From Octopus vulgaris (lineage: Eukaryota), in contig OX597840.1 of the NCBI GenBank assembly GCA_951406725.2, positions 23,436,001 through 23,500,000 on the forward strand: a DNA stretch of 64,000 bases. The letters are read 5' to 3'. Positions 26,900 through 38,194 of this stretch are shown one piece after another. Every line of letters begins with the position of its first letter. Position 1 is the stretch's first letter. Made by a program: the position numbers and the translations under genes. Under the pieces are notes generated by a model, which saw nothing but the letters and a program-made list of their open reading frames with translations, made no database searches and was not told where the DNA came from.

Positions 26900-27097
26900 C
26901 TTTATTATCCACAAGGGGACAAACAAGGACAGACAAACGGATTATATCGACCTCAGTGCGTAACTGGTACTTATTTAATCGACCCCGAAAGGATGAAAGG
27001 CAAATCGACCTCGGCAGAATTTGAACTCAGAACGAAACGGCAGACGAAATACCACTAAGCATTTCGCCCGGCGTGCTAACGATTCTGCCATCTCGCT
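26900..27097 (-). mobile_element. SINE family 2
   Basis: Reverse complement of the 55363 copy (gttagcacgccgggcgaaatgcttag...gagttcaaattc). Confidence 0.75.
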
Positions 27098-27515
27098 GAT
27101 CTTTCTTCTAGTAATTCTGCCTGTCAATATCTTACTGAACCCATCAGTAATGCATTCATGTGATCAGTGAAAAAGAGGGAGAGAGGAAAAAGGATAAGGC
27201 AAAGAGTGAAGCCGAAAGAGAGAGAATTGATTGAGGATGAAGCATGCATGGCACGTGGTAGGGGGGAATGTAATAGTTATTTTATGGATAAAAATGTTAT
27301 TTTGGAGGTCGCTGCCACTTTTCAATTTCTTCCATTTTTGTTCCTATTGATTCCATATTTGGAGTATTGGAGTATTGGTTCCTATTGATTCCATATTTGG
27401 AGTATTTGGAGTATTTCATTGACATGAAATTCTTTTTATAGTTTGCAATCTTGGGTAATTTTAGCCATTTGAAAGCCACAGATGTATAGGTACTTGTTTC
27501 CATAGTAACAAGCCA

Positions 27516-27930
27516 GGATCTTTTCGGTTTGAACAGCAGTTTTTTCTAGCGGTGTCATATGAAATTGTCCCCCATAATTATGACCCTAGTATCGATCTAT
27601 TGCATTTCAATCTGTTTGAGGGTTAGGGATGGGGGGAAGGGTATCTTATTTTCTTCACAAATGTAAATAAACCCAATCTGTTTCTTAAATGAGGGACATA
27701 TTCATACGGCGCAGAATGTTTTTTTTTTCACCTCTATAGACGTCATTGATCGGTTGAAATTGCAGAAATTGAAGGAAAAAAACCCAAATATGTTACAAAC
27801 TATAGAATTTTCTTCATAAAGCCAAGAGAAAAAGATGTTTTATAAACACATTCTACCAGTATACAAAGTTAAAATTTTTTTAGTTACCTAGAAATTATGT
27901 TAAAAAACAGCCATTCAAACCAAAAAGATC
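27516..27930. mobile_element. MITE, same family as 16167
   Basis: Same TIRs and body. A further truncated end is at ~28014-28104. Confidence 0.85.
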
Positions 27931-28104
27931 TGATAATTTTAATATTTGAGGGATTCATATAATTTTCCATGCAGAATTTCATCAGTTAATTTGCTTCTTC
28001 CCCAGAAAGTTGGGACCTTTTCGGTTTGAACGGCAGTTTTTTAAAATAATTTCCACATAACCAAACACTTTTAAACTTTGTATACTGGTAGAATGTGTTT
28101 ATAA

Positions 28105-28800
28105 GTCCTTTATTTTCGGCCGAAAAGAGGTTGTCACTGTTCTAGGACAGCACTCTTCGCCCTATGAGATGACATCTGGTGTGCCACAGGGATCTGTTCT
28201 TGGCCCCCTTTTATTTGTTGCATATGTTAATGACATAGATGCCAACTTAAAGAATGCCACAGTGCTGAAATATGCAGATGACATCAAGCTGTACCTCGAA
28301 ATAAAGAGGTCAGATCCTGTACACTATGGATCTCTATTGCAAGCAGACCTGGACACAATGCAGCAGTGGATCATGGACTGGCAACTCAAGCTGGCTGTGG
28401 ACAAATGTACCACCATGCATTTTGGGAGGAGAAACCCAGCGTCCACCTACTCCCTCCACAACACTAGTCTCAAAAAGTCTTCAAGTGAACGTGACCTGGG
28501 TGTTATTGTCGACAGTGATTTGCGTTGGACAAAACACATCGCCAAAATTGTCAAGAAGGCTGAGGGTGTCTTGGCATCACTCACCAAATCCTTTGTGAGC
28601 CGCTCTCCGGCTATCTATCTGCGGCTTTATATAGCTATGGTAAGACCTCACCTGGAATTTGCATCACCGGTCTGGAACCCCTATCTACCCAGGACATCAA
28701 TCGTCTGGAAGCTGTTCAGCGACATGCTACCAAAAGAATACCCTCCATCAGGCATTTGCCATATCCTGAACGCCTTACTTCCCTGGGCATGGACACATTA
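28105..28800 (+). mobile_element. Internal RT fragment of a CR1/L2-group LINE
   Basis: SGVPQGSVLGPLLF, LKYADDIKLY, ERDLGVIVDSDL, VRPHLEFASPVWNPY; frameshift near 28690; truncated at both ends. Confidence 0.9.
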
Positions 28801-29244
28801 AAAAGAAATACTTTAAAAGGGAAAAACGTGAGAAAAAAAAGAAAAATTAATAATCTAATTTAACAATAGACAAAAACATGTGCCTTCTCGCACATAAACA
28901 CAGTATTCACACATATACAAACATGCGCAGATGCAATTATTGAAGTACTAAATGGCACGTCAAATGATATTTAATCGTGTGGAACATGTTACATGCATAT
29001 CAATATTCTAAAGTTTGGACATACTATCCCTTATCCTAAAGCTGCTTCAGACAATTAGGAAGGGTTCCCGACTTGTTGCACCGTCTGCTTTCAATCTTGG
29101 ATTGTGATTCGGCTCAGCCCAAACTCTCTCAGATTTTGTCTGCTGTTGCCTACTCCTACAAGGATTGCACCTGTTTTTTGTTCCTGATTTAACCCCGATT
29201 TGTCCTAGAGCCCATAGAAGATTGTTTTTAGTCAACCATCCATC

Positions 29245-30705
29245 ATGTCAGCTACCTACGCATCGAAACTGAGATCTGCAAGTAGGGCTTCTCATCAAGA
29301 TGATGTTCCTACCAATAGTCAGCTCAACGAGCAGTTGCTGTTGCTCAAACAAGAGGTTGAGCACCTAAAGTCTGTTGTTGCTCTCTTACTGAATAAACAG
29401 TCTCCTGTTGACGCAGAGTCACCCTTGATTTCTTCCCTGGAGACGTCCAAACCGAAGGGAACAAAATCGAAGCGGCCAAAGAAGGCGAAGGAACCGGCGG
29501 TCGTTTCTGCACATGATCGTTCCCGTGCGGATTCTTCCTCATCTGCCTTTTCGGTCCCGGAGGTTCCCCAACCTAATTTGAGGAGCGTAGACTCAAACCC
29601 ACCTGAAGACCGTTGTTCTCCCCAAAAGAAGAAACGTCGTCAAAACTCCAGTGGGGCGGATTTAGCTATGAAACCTGACCACGATAAACGGTCTCCTGTT
29701 GACGCAGAGTCACCCTTGATTTCTTCCCTGGAGACGTCCAAACCGAAGGGAACAAAATCGAAGCGGCCAAAGAAGGCGAAGGAACCGGCGGTCGTTCCTG
29801 CACATGATGGTTCCTGTGCGGATTCTTCCTCATCTGCCTTTTCGGTCCCGGAGGTTCCCCAACCTAGTTTGAGGAGCGTAGACTCAAACCCACCTGAAGA
29901 CCGTTGTTCTCCCCAAAAGAAGAAACGTAGTCAAAACTCCAGAGGGGCAGATTTGGCTATGAAACCTGATCATGATAAAATCTGTTTGGATTCTCCTTCA
30001 CTTGTCCTTCCCGTTAATGCCATTGCTCAACCAATTCTGAACGATCTCGATGTGAGTTCATCTGGGGAGTGGTGCTCCCCCAAACCGAAGAAGAGGCAGT
30101 GCAGTTCCAAACCAGGCGGGAAAATTATGACCACTAAATCCACTCCGATCGACCCCACAGGCCGACATAAGTCCGATGGCTATGAAACCACCCTTTCGAA
30201 ATCCTCCAATGAAGAATCGAATACCGCAGCTCATAGTAGAGAACTTTTTGCCCACTCAAGATCGGCAATAATATATGGCAAAGCTGAATCCACCTGTGAT
30301 ACAGGCATAAACCGCCTAAAAGATGACATTAATTTTGTTTCCATTTTGGTTGGAGAATTGTTCTCTGTGAACGAAAATGTCAGTGTTCTTAAGGTCGCTC
30401 GGCTAGGAAGATTCCAAGCGAACCCAACCGCAGATACTAGACCACGCCCAATAAGGGTAATCTTTTCTTCTGATCGGGAGGCTTCAGTCTTTCTGAACAG
30501 AGCTCAGACGCATGCCTGGGAGGACCCCAATATGGGTTTTCGCGAGGAATACTCACTAAGAGAGAGAATTCGCCGGAGGAACCTGATATCCGAGCTAAAG
30601 ATGAGGAAACAAATGGGAGAGAAGGGTTTACGAATCCAAGATGGACAGATAATCAAGTCCTACCTCTGGTCCCATGCTGTAGTGCTGACAGGGAAAGTGA
30701 TGTGA
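29245..30705 (+). CDS. LINE ORF1 protein (coiled coil, 97-aa tandem duplication, RRM/CTD-like C-terminus)
   Basis: 486 aa. N-terminal heptads LNEQLLLLKQEVEHLKSVV; C-terminal IIYGKAES...RLGRF...RPRPIRVIF...ERIRRRNL, typical of L1-like ORF1. Confidence 0.85.
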   Translation: MSATYASKLRSASRASHQDDVPTNSQLNEQLLLLKQEVEHLKSVVALLLNKQSPVDAESPLISSLETSKPKGTKSKRPKKAKEPAVVSAHDRSRADSSSSAFSVPEVPQPNLRSVDSNPPEDRCSPQKKKRRQNSSGADLAMKPDHDKRSPVDAESPLISSLETSKPKGTKSKRPKKAKEPAVVPAHDGSCADSSSSAFSVPEVPQPSLRSVDSNPPEDRCSPQKKKRSQNSRGADLAMKPDHDKICLDSPSLVLPVNAIAQPILNDLDVSSSGEWCSPKPKKRQCSSKPGGKIMTTKSTPIDPTGRHKSDGYETTLSKSSNEESNTAAHSRELFAHSRSAIIYGKAESTCDTGINRLKDDINFVSILVGELFSVNENVSVLKVARLGRFQANPTADTRPRPIRVIFSSDREASVFLNRAQTHAWEDPNMGFREEYSLRERIRRRNLISELKMRKQMGEKGLRIQDGQIIKSYLWSHAVVLTGKVM

Positions 30706-33589
30706 GGGCAAATCGAAGTGAAGTTGATACCCCCGTCAACGATGCTATCTCTGATGCCCTTTATTCTGCTTGTTCCCCAACTCCCGCCCCTCAGACTTCA
30801 CAGCTCAGCATCGTCTACACCAACTCGTGCTCCTTATTCCCAAAATTCAGTGAACTATTTACACTGGCCATACGTGACTCCCCTGATGTGATAGCTATCA
30901 CCGAGACTTGGCTGACTCCAGCAGTAAAGGACTCAGAAATCCACCTGCAGGGCTACGTCCTTTTCAGATGTGACAGAGGAAAAAGGCGAGGTGGAGGTGT
31001 TGCTGTGTATGTTAAGTCTGAGCACAAACCGTCCAGCGGTATTCTACCCACAAATGCTCAACCTACAACAAAATTCGATGCCGTCTATTGCAAGCTGAGC
31101 CTATCTGAGTTTTGCCTGCCCGTGTTGGCTGTCTACAGGCCGCCTCTAGCCGACCCCCAGGACGATGCTCATCTACTCGAAGCGATAAGATTCGTTTCAG
31201 CTTCGCATGACTGCTTGGTACTAGGCGACTTCAACACTCCCACGATCGATTGGCCCGCATCAATTTGTACAACATCTTCCCGGTTCGGCCAGGCCCTTCT
31301 TGACGTGGCTGAAGATTGTTTTCTATCGCAACATGTTGAATATCCGACAAGGCATCGGTCTGGGCAGCAGCCATCTATGCTAGATCTGGTATTCTCCCGC
31401 TATCCAAGATCAGTGTCAGACGTATCTGTGTGCGCCCCTCTTGCCAAGAGTGATCATGCGGTCCTGAAGTTCGTCATGCACACAACTTTTTCCACGCCCA
31501 CGATTACTTCGCTGCCACGTAGTCTTCTCTGCAATTAATCTTGAAATTCTAACCGAGGCTTCCGCGCTTCTGGATTGGCGATCTCTGATGACGTTGTCCT
31601 CAGTTGATGAACTATGGTCATCCCTCAAAGCATATGTAATCTGTTTGACTGACCAGGCAGTTCCCGTTGGGCTTCCAAAGAGGAAGAAACACAAGCCCTG
31701 GGTGACGAAGAAGGTTAAACGAGAACGTCGACTCAGAGATATTGCTTGGGCTGAATTCAAAAATCTGGATTCGACTGCAGCTTTTGAGGTGTACAAAACT
31801 CAACGAGACCGAGCCGTGAAAATTGAAAAGAAAGAACGCTTCAGTTATGAATACAAAATCGCGGCAAATGCCAGTAGCAATCCAAAAACCTTCTTTGCCC
31901 ATGTCCAGCGGAATTCCCGCTTGAACAACCAGATTGCAACGTTGGTAGACTCAACAGGCGTATCAATTGAGGACCCTTATCAACAGAGTCAATTATTTGC
32001 CGAGGCTTTTTCAACTATTTTCAAACAAGATGATGGTCGTGAACCCCCTCCATTTGATAGATCGGTACCTCCAATGCTTCGATTGATCATCACGCGGGAC
32101 GAAGTCAAACGTGTTATTCAAGGCCTCGATGTCAACAAGGGTCACGGCCCTGACGGCATACACCCACGGGTTATCAAAGCGTTGGCTCCGGTCATCTGCG
32201 AGCCCTTAACACGACTATTCAATATGTCATTGGCGACGGGTGTTATACCTGCAGACTGGAGAACAGCGATAATCTGCCCAATTTTCAAGAAAGGGAGCCG
32301 CGAAGACCCGCTTAACTACCGACCGGTTTCCCTTACATCAATAATCAGCAAGATGTTCGAAACCATCCTTAAGAAAAGTATGATGCTCCACCTCCTAAAC
32401 ACAGCCTCGATCACTGATTCCCAACACGGCTTCGTGCCGAAGAGATCATGCTTGACCAACTTACTAGTAATGGAAGAATTGGTGACGCGCATCCTCGATG
32501 ATAGTGATGCTGTTGACATCGTTTTATTGGACTTTGCCAAAGCTTTTGACTCGGTAAACCACCGCCTACTACTTGTCAAGCTTCAAGCATATAGTTTCCA
32601 TCCGGATATTGTACGATGGGTTGGTGCCTTCCTTTCAGATCGCTCCTTCCAAGTTCAAGTTAATGGTTCGCGGTCCGACGTCTCCAGTGCGAGCAGTAGC
32701 GTGCCTCAAGGTTCAGTGCTTGGGCCCTTGTTGTTCTTAGTCTTCATAAATGACTTGCCCGACGACCTCACGCAACACACCCTTCTATTTGCCGATGATA
32801 TCAAACTGGTCGCTCCTCGCGGTAGCATAGAGGATATTCGTCGATGCCTCCACCAAATTTGGAAGTGGTCTAACGATTGGGACCTGTGTCTGAACGTGTC
32901 AAAGTGCTGTCATCTGCCTGTCGGCTCTACTCCTGCAACTCAACTTGATTTCGAGCCGGGTCGTCTGCTGCTGGAGAGGACCGATCAGGTAAAGGACCTA
33001 GGTATCTTGGTGGATTCCTCCTTTTCGCCTTCGGCCCAGTGCGTCCATGCTGCCAACAAAGCGCGCGGAATTCTGTTTTTGATTCGACGGTCATTCGGAA
33101 TGCTCACAGCAGGCCATATTCCTGCCACTCTATGTCACGCTGGTGAGACCCATATTGGAGTATGGGATTCAAGCCTCTTCTCCTTATCTCCTCAAAGACA
33201 TACAGCATCTCGAAAGAGTCCAGAGGCTGGCTACCCGCATGGTTCATGGTCTCAAAAATTTGTCCTACGAAGAAAGGCTGAGGACGCTCGACCTTTATTC
33301 TCTTGAAAAACGCCGCCGCCGTGGTGATCTCATTCTCGCCCACAACATCATAAGCGGGAAGTGTAACCTCTCGAAAGAGCTGTTCTTCACTCCTGCTCCG
33401 GAGCGTCGGCTGCGGGGTCATTCCGAAAAGCTCTACCTGCGACGATTTCATCTCAATCGAAGGAGAGGAGCTTTCTCTGTCCGGGTTGCAGATCCGTGGA
33501 ACAAGCTGCCAGACGAGATGGTGAAGATGCCGACGACCGCTTTGTTCAAAGCCTCCCTGGACCTCAAGTGGCCTGAACTCTTTACATGA
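30702..33589 (+). pseudogene. LINE ORF2 (AP endonuclease + reverse transcriptase), frameshifted near 31520 and 33110
   Basis: EN: YTNSCSL, IAITETWL, RGGGVAVYV, VYRPP, GDFN, LDL, SDH. RT: GPDGI, NYRPVSLTS, QHGF, DFAKAFDSV, VPQGSVLGP, FADD. C-terminus: RLRGH, FSVRV..PWNKLP. Confidence 0.92.
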
Positions 33590-33658
33590 ACACCACCCTG
33601 TACTTAACTCCATGTCCCCCTACATGGCCTTGCTATTTGCTTTTGAGCCAAATTAATT

Positions 33659-33758
33659 NNNNNNNNNNNNNNNNNNNNNNNNNNNNNNNNNNNNNNNNNN
33701 NNNNNNNNNNNNNNNNNNNNNNNNNNNNNNNNNNNNNNNNNNNNNNNNNNNNNNNNNN
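33659..33758. other. Assembly gap (100 N)
   Basis: Run of N; true size and the orientation across it are unknown. Confidence 0.99.
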
Positions 33759-34154
33759 AATACGTTTGTGAGAAAATGATTTACCACAGATATCACAATG
33801 ATATGGCTTCTCTCCTGTATGAACACGCCTGTGCTGAGTTAAGTTACCATTTTCAGAAAATGATTTACCACAGATATCACAATGATATGGCTTCTCTCCT
33901 GTATGAATGCGTTTGTGAATAGTTAAGTTACCATTTTCAGAAAATGATTTACCACAGATATCACACCGATATGGCTTCTTTGCTGTATGAACACGCTTGT
34001 GCCTCGTGAAATAACGATATCCAGAGAAGGATTTACCACAGATATCACAATGATATGATATTTTGCCCTTTTCATTCTTCTCCTCGTCAGAAAAATCAAT
34101 TTCTTCAGACTCTCTTTTACATTCAACTTCACTCCGATATAATTCATTTTCCAT
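33759..34154 (-). CDS. C2H2 zinc-finger protein B-L1 (5' part; cut by the gap)
   Basis: [33 protein letters not shown] followed by at least 3 fingers. Minus-strand acceptor at 34732-34731. Confidence 0.85.
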
Positions 34155-35519
34155 AATTTTCCTTTCTCTCGTCACAGTACACAAATGTTTTCCTTCTTCT
34201 CGTATATTGCTCTTAACAAATATTTCTACTGATATATCTCCATCAAAAGTGATCTTTGTTAATATCTGAAGATGCTGCAAACTGCCTTCTTAATTGCTTT
34301 AACTCATTAACATTCAGATTACTCTGTCAAACGTAATGATTATTTATTTAAATTCTTCTGAATTAATCATTCATTATCTTATTGCTTTAAGATTTCAACG
34401 ATGTGATTCTTTATGTTTATATGACATTGTAGGGTGATCGTAAGAGGCCAGCTGTAGGCAATTTCAACATAGAATATGCAGAATATTTGGGAATGGTATG
34501 CCCAGTTCAAATGTTAAAGGATTAATTCAAATACAAATATAATTTTCTGTGTATTCCAGACAATAAAGAAGAGAAATTTTGCTACATAAATGTCAGAGTT
34601 CAGAAGATATATTTTGCAGTAATTCAGTATATATTTATAGAAACAGGGTTATACGTGTTATGAGTAAGACGTTCAATACTAATGATGTAGTTTATATAAA
34701 AATCCTGTGATGCTGAGGTCATCTGATAATCTGAAACGAAAGAGAAACAACAGTGTAAAACATACAAGATAATTAGGAATTAGAGAGATTAAAACAGTGA
34801 AAGTTTTACTACATTTTTATATAGACATGTCCATAGAGGTGCAGGGATGGTTGTGTGGTAAGAAGTTGATTCCCAACACACAAATCTAATAAGCACACCC
34901 ATTTTCTTCCTTCATTTCACTCCTTTCTTGAATTCCCAAGATTCCCTGTCACCATCCAATTCCATTAACGTGAATTTGAATTTGAATGCTTGAGACATTG
35001 TGAATCTTTCTTTAGCTGATTACACAACCATGGATACGTTGCAGTTACTCTCTTCATAGAGCCTGGTGATCCTGACCCCTGAACTACAAGGTTCCCTCTG
35101 CCCAGCATCAATATAAGAAGCATTGTTGGTTCAGCTGAGTTCTTCTGCTGCTTCTTCACAAACTGCCATCTGCAGTCCCAAAGTTCGTCACAGAGTACCC
35201 CAGAAGCGATCTAAAAAAATGGTTAGAAATCATGTGTAAAACATGAATTCATTTATATTACCGAAAATATAAAGTATGGTAATGACCAAACAATGGCAAT
35301 TTGAACTTATTTTTTTTTTGAAACTAAATTCGGCCGATAATAATGGTAATTAATTATGTACAAGATCCAGTTAGAGACAAACAAATGGTAGTTACTAATC
35401 CACCCCCATACAATGTGATTTAGTGTGTGTTCATAAATAATTTTTTGGGTAATGGAACCCAGTTATATGTATTTCATCATATTAAATTCCAATATAATCG
35501 TAATATACAAATGTAACCT

Positions 35520-35939
35520 TAAGTGAGAATAAAGAGCTCTTTAAATGTCGAGTTATTTCCCCCTAGCAATTCCCGCACTTTTTCTCCTGCAATATTTTTC
35601 CATTCCCTGCTGTTGATTGACCCTCGTGTTTATTACCGGTCACATCCGTTCAACAGATAATTAGCTGAGATTTAATTCGATAGACGTGATTGCTAATTAA
35701 ACATGTAGAAAAATTATCCAACTGAATTCTTTATTACGCTAATCTTAAAAACATAACGTCTATAATAAAACCTAGAATTTCTTACGAAGCTGTCGTTGTC
35801 TACCTTGGCTTAAGTTCTCACTACCTGAACATACTGCGACCTCGTCCTTACCGGATCTAAATATTACCTGCTTATTGTTAGAATGGATTGATTGTGACAC
35901 CTTCCTCCTCTACATTGGGTCTATAAATAATACGTAAGT
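35520..35939 (+). promoter_or_regulatory. Putative promoter/exon 1 of spacer arm B (points to R1 here; the inverted copy at 49864-50285 points to L2)
   Basis: CpG-containing unique block starting with agttatttcccc and ending in a GTAAGT donor at 35934. Confidence 0.45.
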
Positions 35940-36302
35940 GTTATATATATATATATATCCTGCCATTGTCTGTCGTAGCTGAAGTTCTCATTTGGACATC
36001 CGTTTCTATAATAGATTTGTTATTAATGTATCAGTATTGTTCACATCAACGATTCTTTTTATGTGTTCAGTAAGTTATCAGAAAGAAACTGAAGGAAATA
36101 GAGAAATGTAACGAAAATAATTATTGTTATAATCTATATACAGAAGGGTCTCACATAATGTAAAGTAAATGTGAATTGTCAATATTGGGTTAACTAAGAG
36201 GTTGATCTAAGCAACATCAGAATTCCAGTCGAAGCAAAATTCTGGTTTAACCCCTCATAACTTCTTTACCTTTTAAATTTTCAGAAAATGTTTGTAAATT
36301 TG

Positions 36303-36710
36303 GGATCTTTTCGGTTTGAACGGAAGTTTTTTAAAATAATTTCCAGGTAACTAAACACTTTTAAACTTCGTATACTGGTAGAATGTGTTTATAAAACATC
36401 TTTTCTCTTGGCTTTATTGAGAAAATTCTATAGTTTGTAAGATATTTGTTGTTTTTTTCAATTTCTGCAATTTCAACCTATCAATGACGTCTATTGAGGT
36501 GAAAACATTCTGTCCCGTATGAATTTATGTGCCTTCGTTTAAGAAACAGATTGGGTTTATTTACATTTGTGAAGAAAAAAGATACCCTTCCCGCCACCCC
36601 TAACCCTAAAATAGATTGAAATGCAATAGACCGATACTAGGGTCATAATTATGGGTGACAATTTCATATGACACCACTAGAAAAAACTGCCATTCAAACT
36701 GAAAAGATCC
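36303..36710. mobile_element. MITE, same family as 16167
   Basis: TIRs GGATCTTTTCGGTTTGAAC / TTCAAACTGAAAAGATCC; internal ccctaaccctaa. Confidence 0.85.
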
Positions 36711-36929
36711 GAGATGGAGCCTGAACAGCCCTTCAGTTGGTTACCTCCTTTCAAACCATCCAACCCATGCCAGTGTGTAAAATGGACTTTAAATGATGAC
36801 GGAGTGATAATTTTAAATTTGCATAGACATCTTGTAGTATGCCGTTTAAAGCCTGCTCACTGTATTTGGCTATCTGATGTCATCGACAGTATGGATTTGA
36901 ATGACACTGGATTTACTTGAGGATTTCCT

Positions 36930-37350
36930 TCATCATCGTTTAACGTCCATTCTCCGTGCTAGCATGGGCTGGACGGTTTGACCGGGGATCTGGGAAGCCA
37001 GAAGGCTGCGCCAGGCTCCAGTCTGATCTGGCAGTGTTTCTACAGCTGGATGCCCTTCCTAACGCCAACCACTCCGTGAGTGTAGTGGGTACTTTTTATG
37101 TGCCACCAGCACAAGTGCCAGACGAGGCTGGCAACGGCCACGATCGGATTGGTGCTTTTTTACATGCCACAGGCACGGAAACCAGTCTAGGCGGCGCTGG
37201 CATCGGCCACGTTCAGACGGTGCATTGATGTGCCACCGGCTGAGGGATCACGACTGCAGTTTCCATTGAATTTGATGTTGGTGTACTTGACTCAATGGAT
37301 CTCCTCAAGCACAGGGTTGAAATGGTGTTTCTTCACTTGCTACCTGCACA
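36930..37350 (-). mobile_element. RTE 3' UTR fragment
   Basis: catcatcgtttaacgtcc... as at 19715; inverted counterpart at 48420-48845. Confidence 0.8.
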
Positions 37351-38042
37351 GGAGTCAGTCCTGTCAGTAGAGTTTAAAAAATGAGAGAAGAGAAAGAAAA
37401 TAGAATTTCCAAGACTAGTATTCACTACAATTGTTTCAACCCATTGTGCATCTGTGCCTCGCAGGTGAGATGCTGTACGAACAGTTGTGGTGCTTCCCTC
37501 GTTGCAGGTGTGTTTTGTCAGGTAACTTGTCAAAAGTGCTTCATATTTTAATTTCTGTTTTGCTTAATTCAGTTAGAATATATTTTGGTAGTTGGATTAT
37601 TTGAAGTTTCTTTTAGTTTCCATCTACCAAATCCTTGCCCAAGGCTTTGATTGGCCACGCTGGGACTGAACCCAGGACCATGTGGTTGGGAAGCCAACTT
37701 CTTACCACACAACCATCCCTGCACTTCTACAGCCATGTCTATATAAAAATGTAGTAAAACTTTCACTGTTTTAATCTCTCTAATTCCTAATTATCTTGTA
37801 TGTTTTACACTATTGTTTCTCTTTCGTTTCAGATTATCAGATGACCTCAGCTTCACAGAAGAATTTGAATAAATAAGCATTAAATTCAGAAGAATTTGAA
37901 TAAATAAGCATTAAATTTGACAGAGTAATCTGAATGTTAATGAGTTAAAGCAATTAAGAAGGCAGTTTGCAGCATCTTCAGATATTAACAAAGATCACTT
38001 TTGATGGAGATATATTAGTAGAAATATTTAAGAGCAATATAC

Positions 38043-38194
38043 ACTCTCGGAGTTGTTGGCGTTAGGAAGGGCATCCAGCTGTAGAAACACTGCCAGATCT
38101 GACTGGCCTGGTGCAGCCTTCGGGCTTGCCAGACTCCCAGTTGAACCGTCCAACCCATGCTAGCATGGAAAGCAGACGTTAAACGATGATGATG
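38043..38194 (+). mobile_element. 152-bp RTE tail inserted in the leader of R1
   Basis: actctcggagttgttggcgttagg...gacgttaaacGATGATGATG; ATAC at both junctions; absent from L1 and L2. Confidence 0.88.

Larger units (their letters stand above)
29046..33658 (+). mobile_element. Near full-length non-LTR retrotransposon (CR1/L2 group)
   Basis: ~200-bp 5' UTR, ORF1, APE-RT ORF2 with two frameshifts, and a short 3' UTR running into the gap. Visibly more GC-rich than the flanks. The TSD cannot be checked because of the gap. Confidence 0.93.

Noticed and set aside
33586-33771. ORFs spanning the N run
   Set aside because: Artefacts of the assembly gap.
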